From: Harriotta raleighana
Taxonomy: Eukaryota
Assembly (NCBI GenBank): GCA_050575255.1
Contig: JBNZDD010013650.1
Span: 3,768,263-3,832,262 of the forward strand
DNA length: 64,000 nt
Direction: 5' to 3'
How positions within the stretch are numbered: position 1 is the first letter of the stretch; every line of letters begins with the position of its first letter. Shown piece after piece: positions 61,891 to 64,000 of this stretch. The notes beneath the pieces were generated by a model that saw only the letters and a program-made list of their open reading frames with translations, did no database searches and had not been told where the DNA came from. The position numbers and the translations under genes were made by a program.

Positions 61891-64000
61891 TAATATAACA
61901 CTACTTAGATGCAAAGTAATGCAAACTTTACAATACTCTAAATCAGTAGTAGCCAACCGGTGTCCCATCAGTTGGAATAGCGCCCAAGGCAGTCAACAAG
62001 TGACACCCCGAACATTCGCATGTGTCTAGGTAAGTCCGTGTTCGATTGGTAGTATGTTTAATTTTTTTCTTGATTGAATATTAATTATTTATGGAAATAA
62101 ATTGTCTCCACACCTGCCATTCCTCTTGGTATAACTGCAGATCATGGCCAGGTTTTGTGAACCAAATGCAGTAAGAAGCAGAGACTGCCTCCCAACTCAT
62201 TTTCAGAATATATTTTAGTAAAATAAACACACAGGTCTTGGGAATTTGATGATCTATCTGTGTAGTGAGAGCATTGCGTGAGTCACTATTTATTTAGCTT
62301 GTGTCCCTTTACTATCTACTCTCGTAGTTTAAATGCAATTGGGAGCTTTGCTGCATTGGAACTGCAGACCCCACAGAGCCACGTCGAAGAGAAAACACAG
62401 AATGCCATTAAGTTTCAGGCAAGCCAGATATATAAAACAGTTAACATAGTGAGATCTGTAACAATGTCTGAAAAGCACTAATCTAATTATTGTGTGTGGG
62501 GGCCTGGTTCAATGAATTGGTGTTGATTGAATTGAATGTATTACCCCCAGCAGCGGAGTGCCATGAGCACAGCGGGAGGTATATTCTCTGCCCCCCTGCA
62601 GCCTGTCTGCAGCATTCCACTGTGCTGGGAGCTCAGGCCTCAAAGCCTGCTCTGTACAAACAGGGAGACTTCCTCTGCAGGGACTCAGTGTGATTTAGTG
62701 CTATAGAGTCTCCCTGTAAAAAAACACCCAATTATTTATTGCTGGTAGGATTAACTCTGTGCTTGCTGGATTCCTTTCCTTAGCCCTATCAGTAACTCAG
62801 ATTTTCACCTTGTTCGAATGCTGCATCAGATCATGCATTTTCCCCATCCTCTTCCTTTGGTGTTGGTTCAGACAGAGGACTGGCTCCCACAGACACTCTC
62901 AAGAACCACGCCCAATGGCCAAGAGTGAAAGGATAGTGAATTTCTTCCAACTAATTGGGGGTGGGGTCAGGGAGGGCTGGGAAGAAATGTATTCTGCGCA
63001 AAGCCTGGAGAAGTGGGAAGCATATCCACAGCACATGAGGAGTACATATCCAGAGCACAGTGGGGATGGACGAATGGACGAACAGACTCAGTGCAGCTGT
63101 GGAGGTTGGGAGGTGGAAACCCGTTCAAGGAAAAAATGAACAGCACAGGAGAGGAAAGGAAACTCATTCAAGGCACAGCCTGTGGGACCACACTAGGGGG
63201 AAATAAATTGAGGGCACAGCCCAAGGAGAAGCATTTTTCAGGCACAGCATGGGCGGAGGGGGATAAGAATACTCAGGAACAGCACTTCTCTTGATCCCTC
63301 TAGGCCCTGGGATTAATCCACGTGGGAAACATTTAAAGGAAACTGGAATGCGGCATTAATGAATAAAACAATTTAGATGGAAATCAGCATGGGTTTAAGG
63401 GAGGAATCTGCCTAGATTATTACCAAAAACAACAACTTGCATTTATATAGCCCCCCTCACATGGGGAAGCGTCCCGGAACGCTTAAAGGTAACAAGTTAT
63501 AAATAAAAATGATAAAAAATAATCCCTGCATTTGATCCAATACATTATCATGTCTTCTAGACGTCTCAAAGCGCTTCACAGAATATACTGTAAAGTGAAT
63601 TGACTGAAATGCAGCAGCGAATTAGTCACAACAGTGTCCCACAAACAGTGAATTCAGTGACCAAATTATTCTTATTTAACAGATATTAATTCTTGCAGCA
63701 AGGAGCTATAGTAAACAAAAAGATTATTATTTTATAGATACTGAGAACAATGGTGTACAGTACTAGGTATTGAACCTGGAACCCTCCTGTGACTGTGCTA
63801 CAGTTGCTTCACCAATTCCAGGTTACTGCAGAGTGTGATGGTCTCTCACTCTGGGTGTTGGCAAGAGTCACACTGACTCTGGAATGTGAAGACACAGCCC
63901 ATTGTTTGGTGAAAGAGAATGGAGTTGATTTCTTTAGGTTGTCTGAATTGCTGATGTCAGTCCAGCTGGCTCCCTCCTAGATTACATGGCATAACTACAA

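Overview
Eukaryotic, intron-rich vertebrate genomic DNA. The repeat content (L2 and CR1 LINEs, DeuSINE-like and tRNA-headed SINEs, a shark-type Penelope palindrome) suggests a cartilaginous fish, possibly a chimaera; that assignment is inference. Two protein-coding genes lie on the minus strand, in the same order as in mammals. TFAP4 (bHLH-ZIP AP-4) is complete: 7 coding exons, 36693->29080, 1017 nt, 338 aa. SRL (sarcalumenin) is represented by its 5' part: a signal-peptide exon at 24404, a ~1.48 kb acidic exon, two conserved exons and a probable 33-nt micro-exon at 1715-1747; the gene continues past position 1. From 37.5 to 64 kb there is no recognisable host coding exon. By mammalian synteny this is probably the upstream/5' non-coding region of GLIS2, with a GC-rich island at 42-43 kb broken by a 718-nt assembly gap. 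The most notable items are the SRL micro-exon and possible alternative end of the acidic exon, a nuclear-receptor half-site cluster at the SRL TATA box, clustered MYC and AP-4 E-boxes at TFAP4, a decayed LTR retroelement with an intact tRNA-Arg primer-binding site and Gag-like remnants, a 73-bp-arm palindrome carrying a decayed hammerhead-ribozyme motif, and an unexplained 98-bp inverted duplication. No CRISPR, rRNA or genuine tRNA gene was seen. Most ORFs in the track are spurious or transposon-derived. I found no convincing wholly novel multi-gene system.
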